Shown here: in pieces, positions 48,902 to 59,419 of the stretch
Position numbering within the stretch: the stretch's first letter is position 1
How the letters are laid out: every line of letters starts with the position of its first letter
Source of the DNA: an uncultured Verrucomicrobiae bacterium
Lineage (GTDB): Bacteria; Verrucomicrobiota; Verrucomicrobiia; Chthoniobacterales; UBA10450
Length of the DNA stretch: 64,000 bases
Direction of reading: 5' to 3'
NCBI GenBank assembly: GCA_963772365.1
Contig: CAVYXA010000001.1
Location: forward strand, 1,152,001-1,216,000
Translations under genes and position numbers: made by a program
Notes under the pieces: model-generated
Databases searched by the model: none
What the model saw: only the letters and a program-made list of their open reading frames with translations
Told to the model about the DNA's origin: nothing

Positions 48902-50308
48902 TCATGTTTCGACCGCTTCCTCCGTTTCAACAAGCGCGATGATCTCTTTGAGATCGTCTACTACAGATTCCAATTCAGTCACCGCCTCTGACGCGAGGTC
49001 TTGCGGTTCGGGAAGTTCGTCGCTGTCTTCGAGCGATTCGTCTTTCAACCAGGTGATGTCGAGCTTGTATTCGCGTTCCTTGATCTGGTTGATGTCGAAA
49101 CTGCGGTAGCGTTCGGCTTCGGTCCGTTTACTTCTGCCATTCGGATCGGACCCGTAAGCCTTTTCGAATTCCACGAAATGCTGCGAAGAAAGGGGGCGAT
49201 CTTTCTTCGTGATGCCGGGCACATTGGAACGCGCATCGAAAATCCACGTCGCTTCAGTCGGCGCGCCTTTTTGGAAGAAGATCACGTTCGCTTTCACGCC
49301 TTGGCTGTAGGGAGTAAAAGTGCCGCGCGGGAGCCGTAGGACTGTGTGCAGATTGCAATCTTGCATCAGAATCTCGAACACTTCGCCGGCTTTGCCTTCA
49401 AAGAGACAGTTGTCCGGCAATACGATCGCGGCGCGTCCGCCGGGCTTGAGCGCGGTGAGCACGTGCTGAACGAAATTGAGCTGCTTGTTACTGGTCTCAA
49501 TAGTAAAATCTTCGCGCTCCGGCGCCTGGTTCGCGCCTTTGGTTCCGAATGGCGGATTCGTCAGGATCACGTCGTTCTTCTCGCCGCGGAATGGTTCGTA
49601 GATGGTGTCGCCGAGATAAATGTGTGGCTCAACGCCGTGCAAAAATAAATTCATCAACGCCAGCCGGCGCGGACGCGGCACCAAATCCTGACCGTAATAG
49701 GTTTGCGTCTTGATTCGCTTCGCGTCGGCGCGATCGAAGACGCCTTTGGCTTGATCGACAAGCCATTCGTAGCTGCACACAAGAAATCCGCCGGTGCCGC
49801 AAGCCGGGTCGGCGATAGTGAATTCCGGCTTGCCGCGCGGATCGGGCTTCATCACGCGCACAATCGATTTGATGAGCACGCGTGGAGTAAAGTACTGGCC
49901 CGCGCCCTTCTTGCCTTCACTCGCTGCTTTTTCCAACAAACCTTCGAACGCTGCGCCCTTCACATCCACGTCCATCGCTGACCAATCCTCTTCATCGATC
50001 ATCGCAATAACACGCTTGAGATTGACCGGATTGTTAAAGCGCGGCGTGGCTTGCGCGAAAATATCGCCTAACAAACCACCCGCTTCGCGCAGCCGGCGCA
50101 AAATGTCTGCGTAGTGATCGGTGAGCTTAGTGCCGGATTGTTGCTTCAGACTGGCCCAGTCGCAGCCCTTCGGGACTTGGGCGGCGCGTTCCTCCGCCAT
50201 TTTGAGAAAGAGCAGATACGTGAGCTGCTCGATGTAATCGCCGTAATCGATTCCGTCGTGGCGAAGCGTATGACAAAATCCCCAAAGTTTTTGAACGATG
50301 TCAGACAT
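48902..50308 (-). CDS. hsdM: Type I R-M N6-adenine methyltransferase
   Basis: GQYFTPR, DPACGTGGFL, ILTNPPFG. Confidence 0.96.
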   Translation of the reverse strand: MSDIVQKLWGFCHTLRHDGIDYGDYIEQLTYLLFLKMAEERAAQVPKGCDWASLKQQSGTKLTDHYADILRRLREAGGLLGDIFAQATPRFNNPVNLKRVIAMIDEEDWSAMDVDVKGAAFEGLLEKAASEGKKGAGQYFTPRVLIKSIVRVMKPDPRGKPEFTIADPACGTGGFLVCSYEWLVDQAKGVFDRADAKRIKTQTYYGQDLVPRPRRLALMNLFLHGVEPHIYLGDTIYEPFRGEKNDVILTNPPFGTKGANQAPEREDFTIETSNKQLNFVQHVLTALKPGGRAAIVLPDNCLFEGKAGEVFEILMQDCNLHTVLRLPRGTFTPYSQGVKANVIFFQKGAPTEATWIFDARSNVPGITKKDRPLSSQHFVEFEKAYGSDPNGRSKRTEAERYRSFDINQIKEREYKLDITWLKDESLEDSDELPEPQDLASEAVTELESVVDDLKEIIALVETEEAVET

Positions 50309-50310
50309 AG

Positions 50311-52989
50311 TTAAGCTGCGACGAGAGTGTAGTTGAGTCTGTCGATCAAAGGTCTGAGTTCATTCCCGAACAGTTTGCGAGCGCGTGCCAAGCCACCACG
50401 GTTGCTGAACACCGGTTGCGATTCCAGATCGTCTTCACTGATGCTCAGATTTTCTTTCAAATGATTCGCGATGAAGCCAAGCCATTTCTTTTGCTCAGGG
50501 GTGAAGGAGTGAAACGCTTCGAGTTCTTCAATAGCTTTTGTGACACGCTCCTCCGCGGTAAACAGCGGCGCCTGTTGATCGGCTGCGTGTTTTACCATCG
50601 AGATGATGTCTGCCAATGTATGATGCACTTTTTCGTGCGCTTTTTTTAGCGCATGCTCACCAAAGCCACCTCCGCCTAGGGTTGTTCGTAGCTTCGATAA
50701 GGCGTCCGGATTCCACTCCTGCGGTTTTTTGAAAAGGATTCGCAAGGCATCGAGTTGGTTTGCGTTGTCGCGAACAAACTTGGCGAACGCTTCCAAGTAA
50801 TCTTCAGGTTTCTCCCATTTACCGAATAGTTGCCGCGAGGTGACGCGATCCTCTACCTCGTATCCGACAAGGAAAACGCGCTTGGCGCGCGGGTAATCGA
50901 GGAGGAAGTTCTGGAAATCTTTGTTGCGTAGCAGCTTCATTGTTTCGTCGAAGTCACCACGAAGTCGTTTTGGAAGTTCGTTAGCGAATTTGGCGATGTT
51001 CCCATCGGTGATCCATCGCTTCAATTCTTCGCGACCGTCCGGCGTGATGTCCTTGTCGATGCGAAGGAAACGTTTCGCGAGAATCTTGACGTGATAATTG
51101 CGATCAATGTTCTGCCAAACATTTTCGATGATCTCGGGAATGGTGAGTGGAGTCGCTCGGGGTTCCTCGATTTCGAAGTTGGACGCGTCTTTGAAGTAGC
51201 GGAGGAGCGTTCCATCGAAGCAATCGAAGACGACGAACTTTGTTTTGTTGATGTCGTTACAGCGACGCGTTCCTCGACCGAGCATTTACTCCCATAGAAT
51301 GCGGGACTTTACCGGCCTGAGGAAGACGATGAACTCCAACTCTGGGATGTCGACGCCGGTGGAAAGCATATCAACGGTGATAACAACCCGCGGCTTCGGG
51401 CGATTGCGAAACTCGCGAATGCGTTGGAGTGGGCGATCGACATCTGGGTTGCCCGTTATCTTCTGGACGAAATCATCTCCTTGGTTGAACACATCGCGGC
51501 AGATCCGGACCAGTTGCTGAGCGTGTGAAATGTGCGGCAAGTCATTTACCGCAAAGATCAAGATTTTAGGAAAGCGGCCTGTTTCCTTCTCATGTTGATA
51601 CGCATACTTCGCAATCTCATTGACGATCTCGCGGTTACTTTTCGGCGCGGTGACAGCGCGCTCGACGGCTGATGCGTCGAAGGTGCGTTCGTCCTCGAGA
51701 TTATCGAGCGCTTCAACGCCAGTCTGTGTGTCAATCCGACCGATCTGTTCGCCTTCTTTGAGAAAAACGCCATTGATGCGCACGGCGGATTGAATGACGA
51801 TCGGGTCGTAATCGACGAGCCAACCATCGAGAATTGCTTGCTCGACTCCGTATCGAAATACCGGTTCACCGAACATCGCGATTGTGTGTGCTGCAGGAGT
51901 GGCGGTCAGGCCGATTCGAATTGCATCGAAATGCTGAATCGTATTTCGCCAGATGCTCGTTTCCTGCGCGGTGTAACCTCGGTGGCATTCATCGGCAATA
52001 ATGAGGTCGAACGCATGAATAGGAATGTCCAGACGATCAGCGTCTTCTTCGATGTCGGCATCGCCGCGCGCTTGCGCGAAACTACCTTCAGCGCCGAACA
52101 AATTCCGCGCCATGCGTTGGATCGTCGAGATATAAACAAAAGTCTGGCTCGCCTTTGGAGCGGTCAGGTATTCGTTGGGTAAAACCTTCGGATCGAATGG
52201 CGCGTCATCGCCGAAGTCTTCCTTTTGGAATCGTTGGCTGTAAACCTCATATTCCTGCGTGAACTTGTTTCGCTTTGGTGTGTTGAACGAGTTGAATTCC
52301 CGTACGGCCTGCGCGGCTAACGCTTTGCGATCGACGAGAAACAGAATGCGTCGCGCCAAACCTGATTCGAGCAGACGATAAATCTGCGCGACTGTCAGAT
52401 ACGTTTTGCCGGTTCCGGTCGCCATCGCGACCATCATGTCGCGCTTCCCGTTGAGGATGGCTCCCTCGGTGGCCAGAATAGCGTCGCGCTGATAAGGGCG
52501 GAGTCCTTGAATCTGTTCTGGAAGCGTATCGAGCAAATAAGCTCTGGCGTTCCTCGAATCAGTGGAAAAAAAGCCCACTAAAGCATCGGGTGTGTGAAAA
52601 TCACTTAGCTGACGCGAGATCAGTTTGTTCCCGCGCACATCCAAATGCCAAATGAGCGTGCCGTTACTTGCGTAAAGAAACGGCACACGAAAATCATTCC
52701 ATTGTCCGCAACCATTAAAAGCGCCGCGGGCATATCGCTTCGCCTGTTCCAACACATTCTGTGGATTTACGGTGATCTTCTTGGCTTCAACGATTCCGAG
52801 GAGTTTTCCGCCGATGAAAAGTGCATAGTCGGCCGGGCCATTCGCGGTGGGCAGTTCCTCGACAGCGACCTTGTCGAGTTCATTCAGTTTGAGACTTTGG
52901 GAGAAGGGCTTGATCTGCCAGCCAAGATTCTTCAATCGTTTGTCGATGCGACTTTTCCGCGTGAGCCATTCTGCTTCTTGAACTGCCAT
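50311..52989 (-). pseudogene. hsdR: Type I restriction subunit with in-frame stop
   Basis: ADY..VEAK nuclease motif, MATGTGKT, DECHRG, LTATP; SRILWE*MLGRGTR with TAA at 51286-51288. Confidence 0.92.
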
Positions 52990-53202
52990 TTACGGGCGAA
53001 ATCCTAGCCGAAACTTTTACGAATGGCAGCGGAAAAATGGCTTGAAAGCATAAGGATGGTAACGCCGGCGGCCACGTCCAATCTTTGGGGTCACAAACCA
53101 TAGCCGTGGATTTCCCCTCCCTCACCGCGCCTTGTCGCACATTCCCGCTCCAAGCTCGCGCATCATCGCAGTGGCCGGTTTCCTGCTCTTTTCCAAAGAG
53201 CT

Positions 53203-53979
53203 GTGAAAATCTCCGTCGTCATTCCCTGTTACAACGAGCGAGATACCATCGAGGAAATCGTCATGGCCGTACGCACTGCGCGCGTCCCGGATCTCGAAGT
53301 CATTGTCGTGGACGATGGTTCGACCGATGGAACTGCCGATCTACTCGAACGAAGAATCCAGCCGCTCGCGGATTGCATCATTTATCACAGCGTCAACCGC
53401 GGAAAGGGCGCTGCTTTGCGGGCCGGGTTTGCGGCGGCGACCGGCGAAGTGATCATCGTTCAGGACGCCGATCTCGAGTATAACCCGGAGGATTATCCTG
53501 CGTTGCTGGAGCCGATTTTGGCAGGGAAAGCCGACGTCGTTTTCGGATCGCGTTTCATGGGCGGCCGGCCGCATCGAGTCGTTTATTTTTGGCACATGAT
53601 AGGGAACAAACTGCTGACCCTGTTTTCCAACATGTGTACGAATGTCAATCTCACCGACATCGAGACCTGCTACAAAGCGTTTCGCAGATCAGTCATCGAA
53701 CAACTCGACTTGTATGAGGACCGCTTCGGATTCGAACCGGAAATCACCGCGAAGGTCGCCAAAGCCAACTGGCGAATTTACGAGGTCGGCATTTCTTACG
53801 ACGGACGCACTTATGCGGAAGGGAAGAAAATTACGTGGCGGGACGGCATCCGTGCACTGTACGCGATCATCAAATATAATTACTTTCCGGCTCCACGACG
53901 GGCACGTGCCGCGATACTCGCGTCGGCCAATGCATCTGTGAACGGCGCCAGCCTGCGGCCCGCTGTTCGGCCTTCGTAG
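53203..53979 (+). CDS. GT2 glycosyltransferase (DPM1-like, polyprenol-phosphate sugar synthase type)
   Basis: [41 protein letters not shown]. Confidence 0.92.
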   Translation: MKISVVIPCYNERDTIEEIVMAVRTARVPDLEVIVVDDGSTDGTADLLERRIQPLADCIIYHSVNRGKGAALRAGFAAATGEVIIVQDADLEYNPEDYPALLEPILAGKADVVFGSRFMGGRPHRVVYFWHMIGNKLLTLFSNMCTNVNLTDIETCYKAFRRSVIEQLDLYEDRFGFEPEITAKVAKANWRIYEVGISYDGRTYAEGKKITWRDGIRALYAIIKYNYFPAPRRARAAILASANASVNGASLRPAVRPS

Positions 53980-53981
53980 GA

Positions 53982-54452
53982 ATGGTACATCGCCTGAATT
54001 TGGGCGTGCGCTTGTTTTCGTGCGTTGCCGCGGTCGCCGCATTTCTCGCAATTGGCGTGCCGCCGATCTTCCCCAGTCTGGCGCGAAGCACCATTCATTT
54101 CGCCGGCCCATTTCATTCTACTGACAATTTTCTCCAGTTCGCCACCGGCGCAAACGGCGGCTCCGAGCGGCTTGTCGCGCTCTTCGATTCTCTGCCTTCG
54201 ACATCGAAAATACTAATCGTTGTGCAGAATAATGATCAGCAGAGCGCATTTCTCAGTTCGCTTGTCGCCTATCTGGCCTGGCCACACCCGGTAGAGATTG
54301 TCGATCTTAGAAAGGGCCGGAGCCCGGTCGAAGGCGAGATCGACAAGATCGCGGCAGTCGCATTTTGTCGTGTTCAACCACCGGCTTCATGGCCGCGCGG
54401 CATGCGCTTCGGCGATTCGCTGGAGATCGTGTCGGTTAGGAGAACAAAGTGA
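53982..54452 (+). CDS. Hypothetical membrane-anchored protein
   Basis: N-terminal hydrophobic helix; tightly packed between neighbouring genes. Confidence 0.6.
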   Translation: MVHRLNLGVRLFSCVAAVAAFLAIGVPPIFPSLARSTIHFAGPFHSTDNFLQFATGANGGSERLVALFDSLPSTSKILIVVQNNDQQSAFLSSLVAYLAWPHPVEIVDLRKGRSPVEGEIDKIAAVAFCRVQPPASWPRGMRFGDSLEIVSVRRTK

Positions 54453-55894
54453 ATATTCTGGCGCTTGTCGGTGCGATTCTCACAATTCTGGCCGCCGGAT
54501 CCATCTTCTTGTTGCTCGGTCCAACGAGAGTGCATCTCAATCTTTTCACACAATTGGCCATTTCGTGGATTTTCGGGACCGCCTTGATTTCGATTCTCAT
54601 CTGGATTCTCGGATTTTTTGTTCGAGCTCCGTTGCTCCCAATTCTCGTGGCGGCAATCAGCATGGTGCTTGGGCTGACGTATTTGAAAATGCGTGGTCAT
54701 TTTGCGGTCGCGTCTCGGCCCTTGCGAAAACCGCAGCCAATTGAGCTTGTTCTAGCGGCGGTTATCGCAATGGAGATGTTGATTGTCTTTTATCTCTCCT
54801 ACGTCCACACACTCGGCGGAGATGGTCTTTTGAACTGGGAGATCAAAGCTCGCTACGCCTACGCCAATGGAGGGGCATTGCCGGCATTTTATTTTCAAGA
54901 TGCTGGCAGAGCGACGAGCCATCCGGAATATCCACTGGCGATCCCCTACACCGAGCTGTGGTTCTATTTCTGGCTGGGCGAACCGAATCAGTTTTGGGCA
55001 AAGACGATCTTTCCGCTTTTCTACGCGGCGGGAATCATTCTGGTTATTTCGTTCAGCACGCGGCTCACGGCAAAAAACTGGCCAGGTCTGATTGTAGCAG
55101 CTTTATTCTTTTTTATTCCCCAGATCACGACCGAGACTGGGAGCGCGATTGTTGGTTACGCCGATTTTCCGTTGGGCGTTTTATACCTAGCCGCCATTGG
55201 AAGCCTTCTCTGCACGTGTAACGAAGAGAATGTCGATGGAAATGGCGCGTTCTCGATTTTTGCCGTTGCGCTGGCAATGCTGCCCTGGATGAAACGCGAA
55301 GGATCGGTGCTTTGGCTGATCGGTGCATTGTGCGGGCTTGTTGTGATCTGGCGAAAGAAAAAATCGCTAGCCTGGATTTTTGCGCTTCTGCCCGGTCTTT
55401 TCCTGATCATCGGCTGGAATTTATATTTGTGGAAGATGCACGCCATTTCCTCGCCGGATTTTGTGCCACTCAGCTACGGCGCTTTGAAGACAAACATTCA
55501 CCGCGCCGGTCCGATTCTGTCGATGCTGTTAAGGGAATTAGTCCACACCCGGATCTGGAATCTGTTCTGGCCGGCTGTAGTGCTGGCGTGCATTTCGTTC
55601 CTGTATCGCACGCGCGTCCTTGCGGCTGTGGTAGCCGTCTTCGGGATCGCCGTTCCGATTGCCGTTTATACTGGGGCATACGTTTTTAGCAACTGGCCAG
55701 ACTACCACCACCACGTCGCGCTTTCGGTAAATCGACTGCTCATGCACGTCGCGCCGCTCGGCGCGGTGATCGTCTCGATTCTCCTTGGCTCTTCTAGGCA
55801 CTGTCCCGCTTTGGCAGCAACGTTGCCAATGCGAGCAACAACTTTTCCCTCGAAAAATAATGTGGCCGCGCTGACGGGCGTAAGCGCGGATTGA
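54449..55894 (+). CDS. Polytopic membrane protein, GT-C-fold glycosyltransferase-like
   Basis: About 12 TM segments; D...W..KA, HPEYPL, GYADFPL, KREG motifs. Confidence 0.65.
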   Translation: MNILALVGAILTILAAGSIFLLLGPTRVHLNLFTQLAISWIFGTALISILIWILGFFVRAPLLPILVAAISMVLGLTYLKMRGHFAVASRPLRKPQPIELVLAAVIAMEMLIVFYLSYVHTLGGDGLLNWEIKARYAYANGGALPAFYFQDAGRATSHPEYPLAIPYTELWFYFWLGEPNQFWAKTIFPLFYAAGIILVISFSTRLTAKNWPGLIVAALFFFIPQITTETGSAIVGYADFPLGVLYLAAIGSLLCTCNEENVDGNGAFSIFAVALAMLPWMKREGSVLWLIGALCGLVVIWRKKKSLAWIFALLPGLFLIIGWNLYLWKMHAISSPDFVPLSYGALKTNIHRAGPILSMLLRELVHTRIWNLFWPAVVLACISFLYRTRVLAAVVAVFGIAVPIAVYTGAYVFSNWPDYHHHVALSVNRLLMHVAPLGAVIVSILLGSSRHCPALAATLPMRATTFPSKNNVAALTGVSAD

Positions 55895-55922
55895 ATTCGG
55901 ACGGCGCTCTTGAACCGCTAAG

Positions 55923-56141
55923 CTAATAACGAATCGCGGGATTGCTATCGCGGACGAGAACATCGCGTTGCGCGTTCCAGAGGTTCCGCTCGCCTTCGCT
56001 GGGTTGCGGCCCTTCTTTCTGTCGCTCAATAGCGGCCCGCCGTTTCTGCTCCTGATTGCCGCGACCGGCTGTCTCGGTGCTTTCACAACCGACCAGAAAT
56101 GCGATGCAAATGATGAAACCAAACAAGCCGATCTGTTTCAT
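55923..56141 (-). CDS. Small lipoprotein
   Basis: Lipobox FLVGC. Confidence 0.65.
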   Translation of the reverse strand: MKQIGLFGFIICIAFLVGCESTETAGRGNQEQKRRAAIERQKEGPQPSEGERNLWNAQRDVLVRDSNPAIRY

Positions 56142-56226
56142 GGAGGAGGAGTTTAGCAGAGTGCGTTCCTAAACATAAGCAAAATCACTCGTGCACGGCT
56201 CAAAAAGGCATGCAATTTAACCATGC

Positions 56227-56739
56227 ATGACCGCGCACGAGCTGAAATCGATTCAAGCGCCGATCAAGGATCGTTATCGCAATGAACCGAAGGCGGCGAT
56301 GGTCACGCTGCGTGCTGAAGGAAAAATCGGCGAGGGCGTGACCTGCAATGTGCAGACCGGAAAAGCTCTCGTTGAAGCCGGACTGCACCCGGCGACCGGC
56401 GGAACGGGGCTAAGCGCATGCTCCGGGGATATGTTACTCGAATCGCTGGTCGCTTGCGCCGGAGTCACTTTACGTGCAGTTGCGACGGCATTGGACGTCC
56501 CGATTCGGGGCGTCACCGTTCGGGCCGAGGGCGATCTCGATTTTCGAGGGACGCTCGCCGTTTCCAAGGAAGTGCCCGTTGGTTTTCAGCGGATTCGGCT
56601 CCAATTCGATTTGGACACGGACGCGAACGAAGAACAATTGGCTACATTGATTCGACTGACAGAACGCTATTGTGTCGTTTACCAAACTCTCGTTCACCCG
56701 CCTAAGATCGACATTTCCCATCGACACACATCAGGTTAG
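56227..56739 (+). CDS. OsmC family protein
   Basis: ACSGDMLLESLVACAGVT, EGDLDFRG, TERYCVVYQTL. Confidence 0.9.
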   Translation: MTAHELKSIQAPIKDRYRNEPKAAMVTLRAEGKIGEGVTCNVQTGKALVEAGLHPATGGTGLSACSGDMLLESLVACAGVTLRAVATALDVPIRGVTVRAEGDLDFRGTLAVSKEVPVGFQRIRLQFDLDTDANEEQLATLIRLTERYCVVYQTLVHPPKIDISHRHTSG

Positions 56740-56764
56740 ATTAGCTGTAACTCATTTAGAAATT

Positions 56765-57604
56765 ATGCCGACCTACATGGACATTCACGAGATTCCGGGA
56801 GGCGTAACCGCGGCCGATGTCGCCAAAGCCCACTTCAAAGATATGGAGGTGCAGGGCAAATATGGCGTTCACTATCACAAGTACTGGGTCAACGAGAAGG
56901 AAGGTAAAGTTTTCTGCCTTTGCGATGCCCCAAACGCCGAAGCCGCAGTGGAAGTACACCGTGAGGCACATGGGCTTCTTCCAGACAAGCTCATTCAGGT
57001 GGAGTCCGACGTCGCGGAACTTTTTCTCGGCGGCTGCGAAGTAAACGAGGCCGGAGCAGTATTGCTCCCAGGCGCATCAGCCGATGATCGTGATCCGGGA
57101 ATTCGCACGATTCTATTCACTGACATTGTCGACTCAACATCTCTCACTCAGCAGCTCGGTGATGAAGCGGCCATGGCTTTGCTGCATGTCCATGATTCAG
57201 TCGTCCGGAAAGCGCTCAGCGATTTCGGCGGCCGGGAAGTGAAACACCTCGGAGACGGCATCATGGCGTCGTTCATTTCGGCGGCGGCGGCTGTTAAATG
57301 CGCAACTCAGGTCCAGCGTGAGCTGGTCAAACAAGCCCAGGCACCAAGTAATGCTCCGGTCCGGCTTCGTGTCGGCATAGCGGCGGGTGAGCCGGTGGAG
57401 CGTCACAACGATCTCTTCGGGTGTACCGTCCAATTGGCCGCGCGTCTGTGTGCTTATGCTGAGGCCGAGCAAATTCTCGTCTCAAATGTTGTTGCCGAAT
57501 TGTGCGAAGGGAAAACGCTTCCATTTCAATCGCTCGACGAAGTCCTCTTAAAGGGGTTCGATCGTCCGGTGCGCGTCCACGCTGTCAGCTGGGCTGACGC
57601 ATAG
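56765..57604 (+). CDS. DUF4242 (SCO4226-like metal-binding) domain fused to class III nucleotidyl cyclase
   Basis: YMDIH..AHFKD..Q..YGV.Y.KYW..VFCL.DAP..HREAHG; ILFTDIVDST, VKHLGDG, DLFG.TVQLAARL. Confidence 0.88.
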   Translation: MPTYMDIHEIPGGVTAADVAKAHFKDMEVQGKYGVHYHKYWVNEKEGKVFCLCDAPNAEAAVEVHREAHGLLPDKLIQVESDVAELFLGGCEVNEAGAVLLPGASADDRDPGIRTILFTDIVDSTSLTQQLGDEAAMALLHVHDSVVRKALSDFGGREVKHLGDGIMASFISAAAAVKCATQVQRELVKQAQAPSNAPVRLRVGIAAGEPVERHNDLFGCTVQLAARLCAYAEAEQILVSNVVAELCEGKTLPFQSLDEVLLKGFDRPVRVHAVSWADA

Positions 57605-57713
57605 CCTCGAGGTGTGGCGGTGCTTGTGACAAACCGCCGAATCTAAAAAATGGTCGCCAGGCCAAACCGAAAGAGACGCTTGGCACAAGCGCTCCTACAA
57701 CGTTTACTTCGCT

Positions 57714-59174
57714 GTGGTGCATAAGGAGCCGGTCAAGATCGACAACTTTATCGACGGCGAATTCATTGAGCCGACGAGCCGCAAGTATCTGGACAACATC
57801 GAGCCGGCAACTGGAAAGCCCTATTCGCAAGTGGCCGATAGCGATGCACGCGATGTCGATCTTGCAGTGCGGGCGGCTGAGAAGGCATTTCCGGTCTGGT
57901 CAAAGAAACCGGCCCACGAACGATCCAAAATCCTTTTGCGTATTGCCGACTTGATCGAGCGCGATCTGGAAATGCTCGCTCGCGCCGAATCAATCGACAC
58001 CGGCAAACCACTTGCGCTCGCGCGCTCGTTAGATATTCCGCGAGCGGCTAGCAATTTTCGGTTTTTCGCCACAGCAATCCTGCACACGGAAAACGAGGCG
58101 CACGTCACTGATGGGGTCGCTTTTAACTACACCTTGCGACAACCCCGCGGCATCGCCGGCCTGATTTCTCCCTGGAACCTGCCGCTTTATTTATTGAGCT
58201 GGAAAATCGCGCCGGCCATCGCCGTCGGCAATACCGCCATCGCCAAACCAAGCGAGCTGACGCCCATGACCGCGTCTCTATTATGCAAAGTGTGCGTCGA
58301 AGCAGGACTGCCAAACGGCGTCCTCAATATCGTGCACGGAACCGGGCCAAGTGTGGGCGCTGCCATCACGGCGCACCCAAAGATCACGACAATTTCCTTT
58401 ACCGGCGGAACGGTGACAGGAAAAAAAGTCGCAGAAAGCTGCGCGCCGTTGTTCAAGAAAGTTTCGCTCGAGCTCGGCGGGAAGAATCCAAACATCATTT
58501 TCGCAGATGCCGATCTCGATGCAGCCATTGCCGGGAGCGTGCGATCATCGTTCGCGAATCAGGGCCAGGTTTGCCTGTGCGGTTCGCGGGTGTTCGTGGA
58601 ACGCTCAATTTACAACGATTTTGTCGATCGTTTCATCGACAAAGCCTCGCACCTGAAGCAAGGCGATCCGTTAGACGACAAAACCGAGCAAGGCGCCATC
58701 GTGAGCAAGACGCAGCTCGATAAGGTAAAGTTCTATGTCGATCTTGCCCGGAAAGAGGGCGGCAAAATCGCGCTCGGCGGCAAAGCGCCGGAGGCAATCG
58801 GCGAACGTTGCTGCGAAGGTTATTTCTTCCCGCCCACGGTGATTGTCGATCTTCCGGTCGCGTGCCGAACGAATCGCGAAGAAATTTTCGGTCCCGTTGT
58901 CACGATCACGCCGTTCGACAGCGAAGATGAAGTGATTCGTTATGCTAACGATGTCGATTATGGACTCTCATCGAGTATCTGGACCCAAAACCTCAATCGC
59001 GCCCACCGCGTCGCCGAACAAATTCACACTGGAACAGTGTGGGTAAATTGCTGGCTCGTCCGCGATCTGCGTGTTCCCTTCGGTGGCATGAAAGCCAGCG
59101 GCGTCGGCCGCGAGGGCGGCGAAGAAGCGTTGCGCTTCTTCACTGAGCCGAAAAACATCTGCATTGCGAAATAG
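57714..59174 (+). CDS. Aldehyde dehydrogenase (2-amino/2-hydroxymuconic semialdehyde dehydrogenase-like)
   Basis: SPWNLP, FTGGT.TG, LELGGKNP, NQGQVCLCGSR, EEIFGPV. Confidence 0.92.
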   Translation: MVHKEPVKIDNFIDGEFIEPTSRKYLDNIEPATGKPYSQVADSDARDVDLAVRAAEKAFPVWSKKPAHERSKILLRIADLIERDLEMLARAESIDTGKPLALARSLDIPRAASNFRFFATAILHTENEAHVTDGVAFNYTLRQPRGIAGLISPWNLPLYLLSWKIAPAIAVGNTAIAKPSELTPMTASLLCKVCVEAGLPNGVLNIVHGTGPSVGAAITAHPKITTISFTGGTVTGKKVAESCAPLFKKVSLELGGKNPNIIFADADLDAAIAGSVRSSFANQGQVCLCGSRVFVERSIYNDFVDRFIDKASHLKQGDPLDDKTEQGAIVSKTQLDKVKFYVDLARKEGGKIALGGKAPEAIGERCCEGYFFPPTVIVDLPVACRTNREEIFGPVVTITPFDSEDEVIRYANDVDYGLSSSIWTQNLNRAHRVAEQIHTGTVWVNCWLVRDLRVPFGGMKASGVGREGGEEALRFFTEPKNICIAK

Positions 59175-59183
59175 CAGCTTCAT

Positions 59184-59417
59184 GTGAGCAAAGCCGACAA
59201 AATCCTGGAAAAGGTGATGAGCGGCCAGAGCGATGCGAACATTCGTTTTGACGACATGTGTTACTTGCTCGCGCAACTTCGCTTTACTCAGCGCCAACGC
59301 GGCGGAAGTCATGTCATCTTTCAACGCGGAGCTGATTTCGTGAATTTGCAAAACTTTCACGGGAAGATTAAGCGTTATCAGGTTCGCCAAGTCCGCGAGA
59401 TCTTAAAGAAGAACTAA
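59184..59417 (+). CDS. hicA: HicA family toxin
   Basis: DANIRFDD..LL..L.F..R..GSHVIF..NLQ..GK.K.YQVRQV. Confidence 0.85.
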   Translation: MSKADKILEKVMSGQSDANIRFDDMCYLLAQLRFTQRQRGGSHVIFQRGADFVNLQNFHGKIKRYQVRQVREILKKN

Positions 59418-59419
59418 TT

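Larger units (their letters stand above)
43953..53133. mobile_element. tRNA-Ser-integrated defence island without an integrase
   Basis: tRNA 3' sequence aatccctccctcaccgagcctt at 43953-43974 recurs exactly at 44030-44051 and as an 18/19 match at 53115-53133; cargo is R-M and TA genes. Confidence 0.85.

Noticed and set aside
51286..51288. Stop-codon recoding or readthrough in hsdR
   Set aside because: TAA terminates many genes here (acs, secA, lpxA); a point mutation or sequencing error is simpler.
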